DNA of 59,145 nucleotides from Clostridia bacterium (GCA_051866635.1 JBJDXJ010000019.1:1-59145), one strand, 5' to 3'; counted from the stretch's first letter, positions 40,289-51,527 are shown. Translations and numbers: made by a program. Notes: a model not told the origin generated them from the letters alone.

Positions 40289-41635
40289 GTGGAAAATAAA
40301 GAATTTATGGAAAAATATATAAAGATAGCAAAAGAGAATTATACTATGGACCCTGAGGCATATACCAGGTTTTCTGTAAAGAGGGGTCTGCGTAATTCCG
40401 ATGGTAGCGGCGTACTTGTTGGCTTGACAAAGGTGGGCGAAGTACACGGTTACGTAATGGACGAAGGCGAAAAGAAGCCTGATGTAGGTAATTTGCGTTA
40501 CCGCGGTATAAGCATAAATGATTTGGTAAACGGTTGCAGGGCTGAAAACAGATTTGGCTTTGAAGAAACTGTGTACCTTATCTTATTTGGTAAGCTTCCT
40601 ACACGTGATGAGCTTGATGAGTTTACAAATTATCTTAACGAATGTAGACCCCTTCCGAAAAACTTTACGGAAGACATGATTTTGAAGGCTCCCAGTAAGA
40701 ATATTATGAACAAGCTTGCAAGAAGCATCCTTGCTGAGTATTCCTATGACGAAAACCCAGACGATACATCCCTTGGAAATATGCTTCGTCAGTGTGTTGA
40801 GCTTATTGCACGTTTCCCTGTTTTCATTGCACACGCATATATGGCAAAGGCACATTATTTCGGCGGAAAAAGTCTCGTGCTTCATTCACCTCATCCCAAT
40901 TTGGCTACAGCCGAAAACTTTTTGTATATGATGCGTGAGGACCATGCATATACTGAAACAGAGGCAAAGGTTTTAGACCTTACACTTATACTTCATGCAG
41001 AACACGGCGGTGGTAATAACTCCGCTTTTACAACCCATGTTGTTTCCTCCTCGGGTACCGATACCTACAGTGCCATCTCTGCCGCCATAGGTTCATTAAA
41101 AGGCCCACGACACGGCGGTGCAAATGCAAAGGTTATAGGTATGATGAATGATATTAAGGAACATATTTCTTCCTATACAAATGAAAAAGAAATCACAGAT
41201 TATCTTGCAAAAATTCTTAAAAAGGAAGCATATGACAAAACAGGTCTTGTTTACGGATTAGGTCATGCAGTTTACACCGTATCTGACCCCCGTGCAGTAA
41301 TACTTGAACAGGCTGCTGAAACTCTTGCTAAGGAAAAGGACAGAGAAGAAGAATTAGAGCTTTACCGCATTATTAAGAATGTGGCACCAAAGCTCTATAA
41401 GGAAATAACGGGAAAAGACAAAATTTTGTCGCCTAATGTTGACTTTTTCTCAGGATTTGTGTATTCTATGTTAGGAATTCCCGAGGACGTTTATACACCT
41501 ATGTTTGCTCTGGCACGTATGCCCGGCTGGTGTGCTCACAGAATTGAAGAAATGACTGTTTCTTCAAGAATTATCCGTCCTGCGTATAAGTCCATGAGTG
41601 TCAGAACGAAATATGTACCACTTGATGAAAGATGA
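40289..41635 (+). CDS. gltA: citrate synthase
   Basis: LHAEHGGGNNS, GPRHGGAN, GLGHAVY..SDPR, PNVDFFSG, IIRP. Confidence 0.93.
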   Translation: MENKEFMEKYIKIAKENYTMDPEAYTRFSVKRGLRNSDGSGVLVGLTKVGEVHGYVMDEGEKKPDVGNLRYRGISINDLVNGCRAENRFGFEETVYLILFGKLPTRDELDEFTNYLNECRPLPKNFTEDMILKAPSKNIMNKLARSILAEYSYDENPDDTSLGNMLRQCVELIARFPVFIAHAYMAKAHYFGGKSLVLHSPHPNLATAENFLYMMREDHAYTETEAKVLDLTLILHAEHGGGNNSAFTTHVVSSSGTDTYSAISAAIGSLKGPRHGGANAKVIGMMNDIKEHISSYTNEKEITDYLAKILKKEAYDKTGLVYGLGHAVYTVSDPRAVILEQAAETLAKEKDREEELELYRIIKNVAPKLYKEITGKDKILSPNVDFFSGFVYSMLGIPEDVYTPMFALARMPGWCAHRIEEMTVSSRIIRPAYKSMSVRTKYVPLDER

Positions 41636-41658
41636 TTGATTAAAAGGGGGAAAAATAC

Positions 41659-42954
41659 ATGGTTACAAGTATCAGAAACGGTATGCCCATGATAGATACT
41701 GACGGAAAGCCCATGCACGCACACGGTGCAGGTTTTCTGGAAGATAACGGTTATTATTATATGTTCGGAGAAGTAAGGGAAGGTGACAAACGTGTTGCTT
41801 GCTACAGAAGCCGTGATTTGATGAACTGGGAGTTTCGGAATGTTGTGCTTCGCTTGAATTCTGAAAAAAAGCCTCATTATGTGAGAACAGATTTGGAGCT
41901 TGAACCTTTTGGAAAGGGTGCAAATATTGAAAGACCCAAGGTACTTTACTGCGAAAAAACAAAGCAGTATGTAATGTGGATGCATTATGAAAACGGTGTT
42001 GACTACAACGCCGCAAGATGTGCGGTTGCCACATGTGACAGCGTTGACGGTGACTATGTGTACCGTGGAAGCTTTAATCCTGTTGGCAATCTTGCCCGTG
42101 ACTGTACACTTTACAAGGACAAGGACGGCACAGCTTATTTCATGGCGGCGGGAAGAGATAATGCGGACATGATTATTTACCGCCTTTCCGACGACTATAT
42201 GACAATTGATGAACAGGTTAAGGTTCTTTGGCCCGGTCAGTTCAGAGAAGCACCGGCAGTATTTGAAAAGAACGGAAAGTATTATATGCTTTCATCTATG
42301 TGTACAGGCTGGAACCCCAATCAGGGGGGCAGTGCATCCTCCTTTGGTATTGAGGGAAGATGGAGCTCTATTTCCAATTTCGGTGACGCTGTTACATATA
42401 ACTCCCAGCCCACATATGTGCTCAGGTTCGGTGAACATTTTATTTACGTTGGTGACAGATGGGACCCTGTTGATTACGATAACTCAGGTTATGTGTTTTT
42501 GCCTATTAATATTGAAGACGGTGTTTGCAGTATTGAATGGGCAGATGAAATTAGCTTTGACGTTAAGACAAAGACATATTCCGTATTCAGCTGTGAATCT
42601 GAAGACTATAGAATTATGACAAATGAGTTTACACAATATTTGTCAAGTGACGGATGTGACGTATTCACAAGACCCTTGTCCTATAAGGATGAAAGCCTTA
42701 TCTGGAACGTTGTGGAAAAGAACGGTGCATACCAGATTATTCATAAGAAAACAGGAAAGGCCCTTCGTGGCGACGGCACAATGAGGGATATTTCCTCCGA
42801 TGCGTGTATGTTATGGAATATAGAAGAAAAGGAAGATAAGGTTCGCCTTATAAATGTTGAAAACGGAAGAGTGTTCTCGGCAAAAGGCAGAAGAGTTATT
42901 CTTTCCGATAAGAACGACAAGTTCGGTTACATTAGAATAGTTAAAAAGTATTAA
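41659..42954 (+). CDS. GH43 glycoside hydrolase (GH43_24-like) with C-terminal beta-trefoil-like domain
   Basis: HAHG, ERPKV, ARDCTL, REAPA, SQPT, GDRW; no signal peptide. Confidence 0.82.
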   Translation: MVTSIRNGMPMIDTDGKPMHAHGAGFLEDNGYYYMFGEVREGDKRVACYRSRDLMNWEFRNVVLRLNSEKKPHYVRTDLELEPFGKGANIERPKVLYCEKTKQYVMWMHYENGVDYNAARCAVATCDSVDGDYVYRGSFNPVGNLARDCTLYKDKDGTAYFMAAGRDNADMIIYRLSDDYMTIDEQVKVLWPGQFREAPAVFEKNGKYYMLSSMCTGWNPNQGGSASSFGIEGRWSSISNFGDAVTYNSQPTYVLRFGEHFIYVGDRWDPVDYDNSGYVFLPINIEDGVCSIEWADEISFDVKTKTYSVFSCESEDYRIMTNEFTQYLSSDGCDVFTRPLSYKDESLIWNVVEKNGAYQIIHKKTGKALRGDGTMRDISSDACMLWNIEEKEDKVRLINVENGRVFSAKGRRVILSDKNDKFGYIRIVKKY

Positions 42955-42988
42955 AAAAATCCTGTCGGAAACCCCGACAGGATTTTTT
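42954..42988. terminator. bidirectional terminator
   Basis: AAAAAATCCTGTCGG-aaacc-CCGACAGGATTTTTT between convergent genes. Confidence 0.8.
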
Positions 42989-43004
42989 AGACTAGCTTGA
43001 TAAC

Positions 43005-43508
43005 TTAAATCACATTAAAAAATGCAAATACAAGAACTATGAAAAGCAAACCGTAGAACACGCCTACAACGCTTCTGTAAATAACTCTTGTCTTTTTGTT
43101 TGAATAGTAAAGGTTTTTATCTGTAAGATAAGCATACACCATGTTAAACACAAATGCCATAATAAGTGCAACAAAATTTACCCTGTTGCCCCAGCCGTGA
43201 TTATTGCAGAAAATCAATGAAGCGGAGGATACAGATACGAAAACACACATTAAAGAGTATTTAAGAAAAGACTTGTTTGATTTGTACGCCGAATAAGCCG
43301 CAACAATCATTGCAGCCACCATGCCGCTGTACATAAGAAATCGCTTTGTGGCAATTGCACCTTCTACAGTAAGTGAGGAGTTTGACATGTTGTGAAGAAT
43401 TGCGATGACCAAAGCATAAATAATAACAGCACAATTTACAATGGTAATATTATTTTCAGCTTTTTTCTGCATGGCAGTATTATATGATGAATTTCCGGAT
43501 TTTTTCAT
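43005..43508 (-). CDS. hypothetical multi-TM membrane protein
   Basis: about five hydrophobic segments; GGAGG RBS. Confidence 0.75.
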   Translation of the reverse strand: MKKSGNSSYNTAMQKKAENNITIVNCAVIIYALVIAILHNMSNSSLTVEGAIATKRFLMYSGMVAAMIVAAYSAYKSNKSFLKYSLMCVFVSVSSASLIFCNNHGWGNRVNFVALIMAFVFNMVYAYLTDKNLYYSNKKTRVIYRSVVGVFYGLLFIVLVFAFFNVI

Positions 43509-43745
43509 TAACGAATCCTCCTAAAAAATGTACTACTTACTTATAATACCTTTTTTTTTGTATAAAGTCAACAAAAAGAAGAAAAATATCTTTTTTAAAT
43601 TTGAACAAGTTAAAAATTTTAAAAACTGTAAATTTGTCGAGAAAACCTATTGCAATGATATAGTTTTTTGTGTATAATGGACAATTAGGGAATTATGACA
43701 AACAAAACGTTAAGTCAACAGGTTTTAAGAAAGGAAAGGTTTAAT

Positions 43746-44804
43746 ATGAAAGCATATTTAATCCTGGAAGATGGCTCTGTTTATGAGGGCAAAAGCATAG
43801 GTGCTGTCCGTGACTGTATGTGTGAAGTTGTTTTTAACACTTCTGTTGTAGGTTACGTTGAAACGCTTTCGGATCCATCCTATTACGGTCAGGGTGTTGT
43901 CCTCACTTATCCTATAGTAGGTAATTACGGTGTTAATCTGTCTGATATGGAATCCGACCGCATTTGGGCAGAATGTCTTATCGTCCGTGAACTGAGCCGG
44001 GCGGCAAGCAATTTCAGAATGGAAATTTCACTTTCCGATTATCTTTGCCGTTACGGTGTTGCAGGTATTGAAGGCATTGATACACGTGCTCTTACCAAGA
44101 AGCTTCGCAATAATGGCACAATGGCAGGCTTTTTGACAACCTCCAATTTTGAAGTAGAGGAAGTTGTAAGTAGGCTTAAGGAATATAAAAGAGATGAAAA
44201 TGCCGCAAAGGCTGTAACAAGCGTAAATAAACGAAATATCCCGGGCACAGGAAAAAAGGTTGCTATTTTGGATTGCGGTGTAAGAAACAGCGTTATTGAA
44301 AAACTTAAAAAAAGAAATCTGGATATTACAGTTTATCCTTTCAATACTTCCGCTGATGAAATTTTAAATGGCGGATACGATGGCGTTATTATTTCAAACG
44401 GCCCCGGAAACCCTTACGATGCCGGGGGAATGATTGAAGAAGTTAAAAAGCTTTGCGAAGATGATATCCCCCTTTTGGGCTTGGAGCTTGGTCATGAGAT
44501 TGTGGCAATAGCTATGGGCGGCAAGGTGAGAAAGATGCTTCACGGCCACAGAGGAAGTAACTACCCTGTAAAGTTTATAAAAGAAAAAATTGTTTATATT
44601 ACAAGTCAGAACCACGGCTACGAAGTTGAGGAAATTGACTTGGATGTAGCTGAAGTTAAGTGCGTTAACATTAATGACTCTACTATTGAAGCTCTTTCCT
44701 ATAAGAACAAAAATATTGTAACATACCAGTTCTGCCCCGGTGGAGAAACAGAATTTGTATTCGATGAATTCGTGGAAATGATGGGAGGAAATCAGAATGC
44801 CTAA
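43746..44804 (+). CDS. carA: carbamoyl-phosphate synthase small subunit (catalytic triad degenerate)
   Basis: EVVFNT, DPSY, GIDTRALT, SNGPG, SQNHGY; overlaps carB start; GLELG and QFCPG replace GICLG and QYHPE. Confidence 0.93.
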   Translation: MKAYLILEDGSVYEGKSIGAVRDCMCEVVFNTSVVGYVETLSDPSYYGQGVVLTYPIVGNYGVNLSDMESDRIWAECLIVRELSRAASNFRMEISLSDYLCRYGVAGIEGIDTRALTKKLRNNGTMAGFLTTSNFEVEEVVSRLKEYKRDENAAKAVTSVNKRNIPGTGKKVAILDCGVRNSVIEKLKKRNLDITVYPFNTSADEILNGGYDGVIISNGPGNPYDAGGMIEEVKKLCEDDIPLLGLELGHEIVAIAMGGKVRKMLHGHRGSNYPVKFIKEKIVYITSQNHGYEVEEIDLDVAEVKCVNINDSTIEALSYKNKNIVTYQFCPGGETEFVFDEFVEMMGGNQNA

Positions 44805-47800
44805 GAAATCCGATATTAAAAAGGTTCTTGTAATCGGTTCCGGTCCTATTATCATCGGACAGGCTGCCGAATTTGACTATGCAGGCACACAGGCTTGCCG
44901 TACTCTTAAGGAAGAAGGCATGGAGGTTGTCCTCATAAACTCCAACCCTGCCACAATTATGACAGATAAAGATATTGCCGATAAGGTGTATATCGAACCG
45001 TTAACTGTTGAAACTGTAAAGAAAGTAATTTTAGCAGAAAAGCCTGACTCTATCCTTCCCACATTGGGCGGTCAGACAGGATTGAACCTTGCTATGGAAA
45101 TTGCTGAAACAGGCTTTTTGGCGGAACATGGTGTAAAACTTTTAGGTACAAGCCCCGAAACTATCCGCATGGCAGAAGACCGTCAGGGATTTAAAGATGC
45201 TATGGAGGACATAAATCAGCCCTGTATTGCATCAAAGGTTGTTGAAACATATGCAGATGGTCTTGCATTTGCTTACGAAATCGGCTTCCCCGTAATTATC
45301 CGTCCTGCTTATACTCTTGGCGGTACAGGCGGCGGTATTGCAAATAACGAGGAAGAATTCAGCCAGATTGCACCTCACGGTCTCCGTCTTTCCCGTGTGG
45401 GTCAGATTCTTGTTGAAAAGTGTATTGCAGGCTGGAAGGAAATTGAATTTGAAGCAATGCGTGACGCATCAGGCAGTGCTATTACAATATGCTCGATGGA
45501 AAATATGGACCCTGTAGGCGTTCATACAGGTGACAGTATAGTTGTGGCACCTGCACAGACTTTGGCAACTAAAGAATTTTCCATGCTCAGGGAAGCGGCA
45601 ATTAAGATTATAAATAAATTGGGCGTTGAAGGCGGATGTAACATCCAGTTTGCATTGGAGCCTAACAGCTTTGAATATGCTGTTATCGAAGTTAACCCAC
45701 GTCTTTCCCGTTCTTCTGCATTGGCAAGTAAGGCTACAGGCTACCCCATTGCAAAGGTTGCCACAAGAATTGCCATGGGTTACAACCTTGACGAAATAAA
45801 AAATGCTGTAACAGGTAAGACTTACGCCGGCTTTGAACCAACAATTGACTATATCGTAGCAAAGTTCCCTAAGTGGCCCTTTGATAAATTTGTAACTGCT
45901 GAAAGAAAGCTCGGCACACAGATGAAGGCTACAGGCGAAGTTATGAGTATTGCAACAACCTTTGAAGGTGCTATGTTAAAGGCTGTACGTTCACTTGAGC
46001 TTAACATTTTTGCACTTGATTTGCCTCAGTACAGGTCCTTTACTAAGGAAATGCTTATTGAGGAGCTTAACAAAATTGATGATATGCGTCTTTTCGTTGT
46101 GGCACAGGCACTTTTAAAGGGCATAAGTGTTGACGAAATTTATTCTATCACAAAGATTGACCGTTGGTTCATTTCCAAGATTAAGTCAATTGTTGACCTT
46201 GGGGAAGAATTGAGAAAGGGTAATATTACACCTGAAATTCTGGAAAAAGCTAAAATTTTCGGATTCCCTGACAAAGTTATCGCAGAATATGCCTCTATGG
46301 AAGAAAAGGCAGTTAAAGAAATGCGTAAGGCTAACAATATTATGCCTGCCTATAAAATGGTTGATACATGTGCGGCAGAATTTCCCGCAGTTACTCCTTA
46401 CTACTATTCATGCTACGGCAGTGAAAATGAGTCCGACGGACAAACCGAGAAAGGCAAGAAAAAGATTATGGTTCTTGGCTCAGGCCCTATCAGAATAGGA
46501 CAGGGCATTGAATTTGACTACTGCTCAGTTCACTGCGTATGGGCACTTAAGAGCCTTGGTTATGAAACAATTATCGTAAACAATAACCCCGAAACAGTAT
46601 CTACTGACTTCGATATTGCAGATAAATTGTACTTTGAACCCTTAACATATGAAGATGTTGAAAATATTGTAGATTTGGAACAGCCCTACGGTGCAATTGT
46701 ACAGTTCGGCGGTCAGACAGCCATCAAGCTTACAAAGGCACTTAAGGAAATGGGTGTAAAAATCCTTGGCACAAAGGCAGAGGATGTTGACAGGGCAGAA
46801 GACAGAGAATTGTTTGATGAAATCCTTGAAGCAAATAACATTCCCCGCCCCGCAGGCAGAACTGTATTCACCTGTGAAGAAGCAATAAAGGCCGCCAATG
46901 AAATTGGTTACCCGGTGCTTGTTCGTCCCAGCTATGTGTTGGGCGGTCAGGGTATGGAAATTGCATACAACGATAAGGACATAACAGTTTATATGGAGAT
47001 CATTAACCGAAGTGTTCAGGAGCATCCCATATTGGTTGATAAGTACGTTGTGGGTAAGGAAGTTGAAGTTGACGCAGTGTGCGACGGCAAAGATATTCTT
47101 ATTCCGGGTATTATGGAACATGTTGAAAGAACAGGTGTTCATTCAGGTGACTCTATTTCTGTTTACCCCACACAGACAATAAGCGAAAAGGACAAGGCTA
47201 CTATCATTGACTATACAGAAAAACTTGCAAGAGCTTTGAATGTGGTAGGTCTTATAAATATTCAGTTTATCGTAGCTAATGACGGTGTTTACATTATCGA
47301 GGTTAATCCCCGTTCCAGCCGTACTGTTCCTTACATCAGTAAGGTAACCAATGTTCCCATTGTAAAACTTGCGGTAAGGGCAATGCTGGGTGAAAGTCTT
47401 GAAAATATGGGCTATGGCACAGGTCTTTATCCTGTTGCCGACTATGTGGCAGTAAAAATGCCCGTGTTCAGCTTTGAAAAGCTCCACGATGTTGATACTT
47501 CCTTAGGTCCTGAAATGAAGTCAACAGGTGAGGTTTTAGGTATTGCCTCTACATTCCACGAAGCTCTCTGTAAGTCATTCATTGCTTCCAACATGAAGAT
47601 CCCCACAGAAGGCAATCTTCTTATTACAGTGCGTGACACCGACAAAAAAGAAGTTTGCGACCTTGCAAAGGAATTCGAAAAGCACGGCTTCAGAATTTAT
47701 GCAACAGGCGGTACTTGCCGGTATCTTGCCGATAATGGCGTAAATGCTAAAAAGGTTAACAAGATAGCCGAAGGTGCACCGGATATATTGGACTTTATTT

Positions 47801-48000
47801 CAGGCGGTGGATGTGACTTGGTTATCAACACACCTACACGTGGTCGAAGACATAACCGTGACGGCTTTAAGATTAGACGAACAAGCGTTGAAAGAAGTAT
47901 ACCTTGTCTTACAAGTCTTGATACTGCAAAGGCACTGCTTTTAAGTATTGAACAGAAGACACATGGCGATTTGGGTATTGTTGATATTTCAAAACTGTAA
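44797..48000 (+). CDS. carB: carbamoyl-phosphate synthase large subunit
   Basis: IGSGPIIIGQAAEFDY, EVNPRLSRSS, duplicated ATP-grasp, MGS domain. Confidence 0.99.
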   Translation: MPKKSDIKKVLVIGSGPIIIGQAAEFDYAGTQACRTLKEEGMEVVLINSNPATIMTDKDIADKVYIEPLTVETVKKVILAEKPDSILPTLGGQTGLNLAMEIAETGFLAEHGVKLLGTSPETIRMAEDRQGFKDAMEDINQPCIASKVVETYADGLAFAYEIGFPVIIRPAYTLGGTGGGIANNEEEFSQIAPHGLRLSRVGQILVEKCIAGWKEIEFEAMRDASGSAITICSMENMDPVGVHTGDSIVVAPAQTLATKEFSMLREAAIKIINKLGVEGGCNIQFALEPNSFEYAVIEVNPRLSRSSALASKATGYPIAKVATRIAMGYNLDEIKNAVTGKTYAGFEPTIDYIVAKFPKWPFDKFVTAERKLGTQMKATGEVMSIATTFEGAMLKAVRSLELNIFALDLPQYRSFTKEMLIEELNKIDDMRLFVVAQALLKGISVDEIYSITKIDRWFISKIKSIVDLGEELRKGNITPEILEKAKIFGFPDKVIAEYASMEEKAVKEMRKANNIMPAYKMVDTCAAEFPAVTPYYYSCYGSENESDGQTEKGKKKIMVLGSGPIRIGQGIEFDYCSVHCVWALKSLGYETIIVNNNPETVSTDFDIADKLYFEPLTYEDVENIVDLEQPYGAIVQFGGQTAIKLTKALKEMGVKILGTKAEDVDRAEDRELFDEILEANNIPRPAGRTVFTCEEAIKAANEIGYPVLVRPSYVLGGQGMEIAYNDKDITVYMEIINRSVQEHPILVDKYVVGKEVEVDAVCDGKDILIPGIMEHVERTGVHSGDSISVYPTQTISEKDKATIIDYTEKLARALNVVGLINIQFIVANDGVYIIEVNPRSSRTVPYISKVTNVPIVKLAVRAMLGESLENMGYGTGLYPVADYVAVKMPVFSFEKLHDVDTSLGPEMKSTGEVLGIASTFHEALCKSFIASNMKIPTEGNLLITVRDTDKKEVCDLAKEFEKHGFRIYATGGTCRYLADNGVNAKKVNKIAEGAPDILDFISGGGCDLVINTPTRGRRHNRDGFKIRRTSVERSIPCLTSLDTAKALLLSIEQKTHGDLGIVDISKL

Positions 48001-48099
48001 TTTAGTTATGTGTCACAAGCTGTTGCTTGTGACACATTTATTAACAAAACCTTTTTGGCATACCTTTCCCTGTGGGAAAGACGAAAAGGGAGGATAATT

Positions 48100-49476
48100 A
48101 TGATTGTAGATTTTAAAGAACAAGAAATTATAATGGAAAGAGTGAAAGCTCTTTTAAACGGCGAAGAAAGGTTTGCACTTGTTGAAACATACGGCTGTCA
48201 GCAGAATGTGAACGATTCCCAGAAGTATGAAGGTATGCTTATGAAAATGGGATATACATTGACAAAGGATCGTGAAAAAGCCGATTTTATAATGTTCAAT
48301 ACATGTGCAGTAAGGGAAAATGCCGAAAAGAAGGTTTTCGGCAATATCGGTGCATTAAAGCACCTGAAGGCAAAGAAACCTTCCCTTATTATTGCCATTG
48401 CTGGGTGTATGAGCCAACAGGAGGATGTTGCAAAGAAAATTAAAAGTAAATACCCCCATGTGGATTTGGTTTTCGGCACACATTCCATGGCTTCCTTCCC
48501 CCAAATGCTTGAAAAAGTCCTTTGTGAATCCGGTCGCATTGTTGATACAAACACTCTTGACTATGTTTGCGAAAATGTGCCTACAAATTACGACGGTGGC
48601 TGTAAGGCTTTTGTCTCCATCATGTACGGATGTAATAACTTCTGCACCTATTGCATAGTGCCTTATGTAAGAGGCAGAGAAAGAAGCAGAAGCATGGAGG
48701 AGGTTTTAAATGAATGTAACCTTCTTTCACAAAAAGGTGTTAAGGAAATAACGCTTTTAGGACAGAATGTTAACAGCTACGGCAAGGACCTGGGTCTTGT
48801 TGAAGGGTTTGCAACTCTTTTGGCAGAGGTTGACAAAATTGACGGGATTGAGCGTATACGCTTTATGTCAAGCCACCCAAAGGATATATCAGATAAGGTC
48901 CTTGAAACTATGGCAAATTCCAAGCATATATGCCACCAGCTTCACCTGCCCCTTCAATCGGGCAGTGATAAGTTGCTTTTAGAAATGAACCGTGTTTACA
49001 ACCGTGAAAAATATCTTTCCATTGTGGCAAAGGCGAAAGAATTAATGCCTGATTTAGCCATAACAACAGATATTATAGTTGGCTTCCCCACAGAAACAGA
49101 GGAAGATTTTGAGTATACAATTGATATGTTAAAGTGTGTTGAATATGACAGCATATTTTCCTTTATTTATTCCCCTCGTGAAGGCACTCCTGCCGCAAAG
49201 ATGAAATTTGTGGCAACCGAGGAGGAAATAAAGAAACGGTTTGACACTCTTTTACAGGTACAGAACGAGATAAGTTACAAACTTAACAAAAAGTGTGAAG
49301 GCGAAATTTGTGACGTTTTAGTTGAAAGCATGAGCAAAGAAGAAGGCGTGCTTTCAAGCCGTGATTATAGAAATAAGATAGTTAATTTTCCCGGAGACGA
49401 AAGTTTAATCGGCAAAATTGTAAAGGTTAAAATAACAAAAGCACAAACATGGATACTTTTAGGCGAATTGGTGTAA
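48100..49476 (+). CDS. miaB: tRNA-2-methylthio-N6-dimethylallyladenosine synthase
   Basis: TYGCQQN, NTCAVRENAE, CNNFCTYC radical SAM, GRERSR, TRAM; followed by ymcA-like gene. Confidence 0.95.
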   Translation: MIVDFKEQEIIMERVKALLNGEERFALVETYGCQQNVNDSQKYEGMLMKMGYTLTKDREKADFIMFNTCAVRENAEKKVFGNIGALKHLKAKKPSLIIAIAGCMSQQEDVAKKIKSKYPHVDLVFGTHSMASFPQMLEKVLCESGRIVDTNTLDYVCENVPTNYDGGCKAFVSIMYGCNNFCTYCIVPYVRGRERSRSMEEVLNECNLLSQKGVKEITLLGQNVNSYGKDLGLVEGFATLLAEVDKIDGIERIRFMSSHPKDISDKVLETMANSKHICHQLHLPLQSGSDKLLLEMNRVYNREKYLSIVAKAKELMPDLAITTDIIVGFPTETEEDFEYTIDMLKCVEYDSIFSFIYSPREGTPAAKMKFVATEEEIKKRFDTLLQVQNEISYKLNKKCEGEICDVLVESMSKEEGVLSSRDYRNKIVNFPGDESLIGKIVKVKITKAQTWILLGELV

Positions 49477-49507
49477 AAATTAATCATATTTGAAAGGAAG
49501 ATAAAAA

Positions 49508-49897
49508 ATGAGTGAAATTTTAACAAAAGCAAGAGAATTGGGTCAGGCTATAGTGGACAGTGATGAATACAAGGCTTTAAAGGAAGCGGAAGAAAAGCAG
49601 GAGAACAGCAATGAAGCTATGGACATACTTAAGGCTTATAACGAAGAAAGAAAAGCACTTGCAGAAGAAATAGGCAAGGGCGATGTAAGCGATGAAAGGA
49701 TGGCAGAAATCAGAAAACAGCTTGAAGAAAGCTATGAAAAGGTTATGAGTCAGCCTGAAATTGCTGCCTATTATGAGGCACAGAGTAAGTTTGAAGCAAT
49801 AGTTCAGCAGATGAATTCAATCCTTACTTATTTTATGACAGGGGAAATTTCAACGGGATGCTCCGGCAACTGTTCAGGTTGTTCAAGCTGTGGCTGA
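49508..49897 (+). CDS. YlbF/YmcA (Com_YlbF) family regulator
   Basis: helical body, C-terminal CSGNCSGCSSC; miaB-ymcA synteny. Confidence 0.85.
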   Translation: MSEILTKARELGQAIVDSDEYKALKEAEEKQENSNEAMDILKAYNEERKALAEEIGKGDVSDERMAEIRKQLEESYEKVMSQPEIAAYYEAQSKFEAIVQQMNSILTYFMTGEISTGCSGNCSGCSSCG

Positions 49898-50000
49898 TAA
49901 AATATTAAATATTAACAATCGGTAAATAATATGTAACATAAGTTTACTTTTGTTGAGAAAAATGTGGTTTTATGGTAACATTTCCTGTAGAGGTGAAATT

Positions 50001-51512
50001 ATGAAGATACTAAAACCAATCGAAAGCCGTTTTACTATGGTTACAATTGCCCTTTTAATGCAGATTGGTGTTGTACTTTTAATATCAAAGTATTTTGAAC
50101 AGTCAGCAGTTGAGGCAAATGTCATCATGAGGGTGATAAGCATACTTATAGTATGTGTTATATTAAACCAGATACAAAACCCTTCCATGGCAATGACCTG
50201 GATTGTGGTTATACTGTCTTTCCCCGTTTTCGGAAGCGTACTGTATTTACTCCTTGGCGGTAAAAGGCCGGGGAAAATAATGCGTAAAAAGTTTGAGAAT
50301 GCAAAGGTAAGGGAAAGTATAACAACACTTTTGGGTATGGGCGATGAGCTTTATGGGGAAAACGAGGATGTTTTCTTAAAATCACGGTATCTGCAAAAAC
50401 AGGGGTTCCCCGTATACAAGAATACCGACATAAAATATTTCCCCTTAGGGGATGAAGCTTTCCCTGAAATGCTCCGTGAAATTGAAAAGGCGAAAAAGTT
50501 TATTTTTGTGGAGTATTTTATTTTAGACAAGGGGGAAATGCTCGACAAAATGATTGACGCCCTTGAAAGAAAAGTAAAGGAGGGCGTGGATGTACGCCTT
50601 GTTTACGATGATATGGGCTCGCTTTTTACAATGCCCCATAACTATCAGGAAATACTTTCAAAAAAAGGTATAAAATGCCTTTCATTTAATCGGTATATCC
50701 CTGTTATGAGTGCCATTATGAACCACCGTGACCATCGTAAAATACTTGTAATTGACTCACACGTGGCATTTACCGGCGGCATTAATATTGCCGATGAGTA
50801 CATTAATAAAAAAGAAAAGTACGGCCATTGGAAGGACAATGTTGTCAAGCTTACAGGTGAAGGTGCAAAGGAATTTACAGTAATGTTTTTGGAATTGTGG
50901 AAAGCATATAAGACTGACAGAGAAGATATCAATAAATTCCTTCTTGAACCCTCCACAGAAGAAGCAAAGGGCTATGTCCAGCCCTTCTCCGATACACCTG
51001 TGGATGACCAGCTGGTAGGGGAAAATGTTTACCTTCAGGCGGTTGGGGAAGCTAAGGATTATATTTATATATTCACTCCTTACCTTATCCCCGATAATGT
51101 GCTTATAAGGGAGCTTTGCCTGGCGGCAAACCGTGGCGTCGATGTAAGGATATTGGTCCCCGGTATACCTGATAAAAAAACTGTTTACACAATGACAAAG
51201 GCTCACTTTGAACCACTTATGAAAGCCGGAGTAAAGATTTATAAGTACACACCGGGATTTTTGCATGCCAAGGGCTTTGTGTATGATGACTCTGTGGCTT
51301 TTGCAGGCACAATCAATATGGATTTTCGAAGTATGTACCACCATTTTGAATGTGGCTGTATGATTTATAATTCTCCTGCTGTTTTCTCGATAAAGGACGA
51401 CTTCCTTAAAACCTTGAAGAAAAGCCAAAGAGTGGAGGAGTATCAAAAAATCAAGGGAGTTATAGGAACAACATACCACGCTGTTATGCGTCTTTTGGCT
51501 CCGCTTATGTAA
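50001..51512 (+). CDS. cls: cardiolipin synthase
   Basis: N-terminal TMs; two HKD motifs (HRKILVID, HAKGFVYD). Confidence 0.93.
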   Translation: MKILKPIESRFTMVTIALLMQIGVVLLISKYFEQSAVEANVIMRVISILIVCVILNQIQNPSMAMTWIVVILSFPVFGSVLYLLLGGKRPGKIMRKKFENAKVRESITTLLGMGDELYGENEDVFLKSRYLQKQGFPVYKNTDIKYFPLGDEAFPEMLREIEKAKKFIFVEYFILDKGEMLDKMIDALERKVKEGVDVRLVYDDMGSLFTMPHNYQEILSKKGIKCLSFNRYIPVMSAIMNHRDHRKILVIDSHVAFTGGINIADEYINKKEKYGHWKDNVVKLTGEGAKEFTVMFLELWKAYKTDREDINKFLLEPSTEEAKGYVQPFSDTPVDDQLVGENVYLQAVGEAKDYIYIFTPYLIPDNVLIRELCLAANRGVDVRILVPGIPDKKTVYTMTKAHFEPLMKAGVKIYKYTPGFLHAKGFVYDDSVAFAGTINMDFRSMYHHFECGCMIYNSPAVFSIKDDFLKTLKKSQRVEEYQKIKGVIGTTYHAVMRLLAPLM

Positions 51513-51527
51513 ACAAACAATAAAAAA

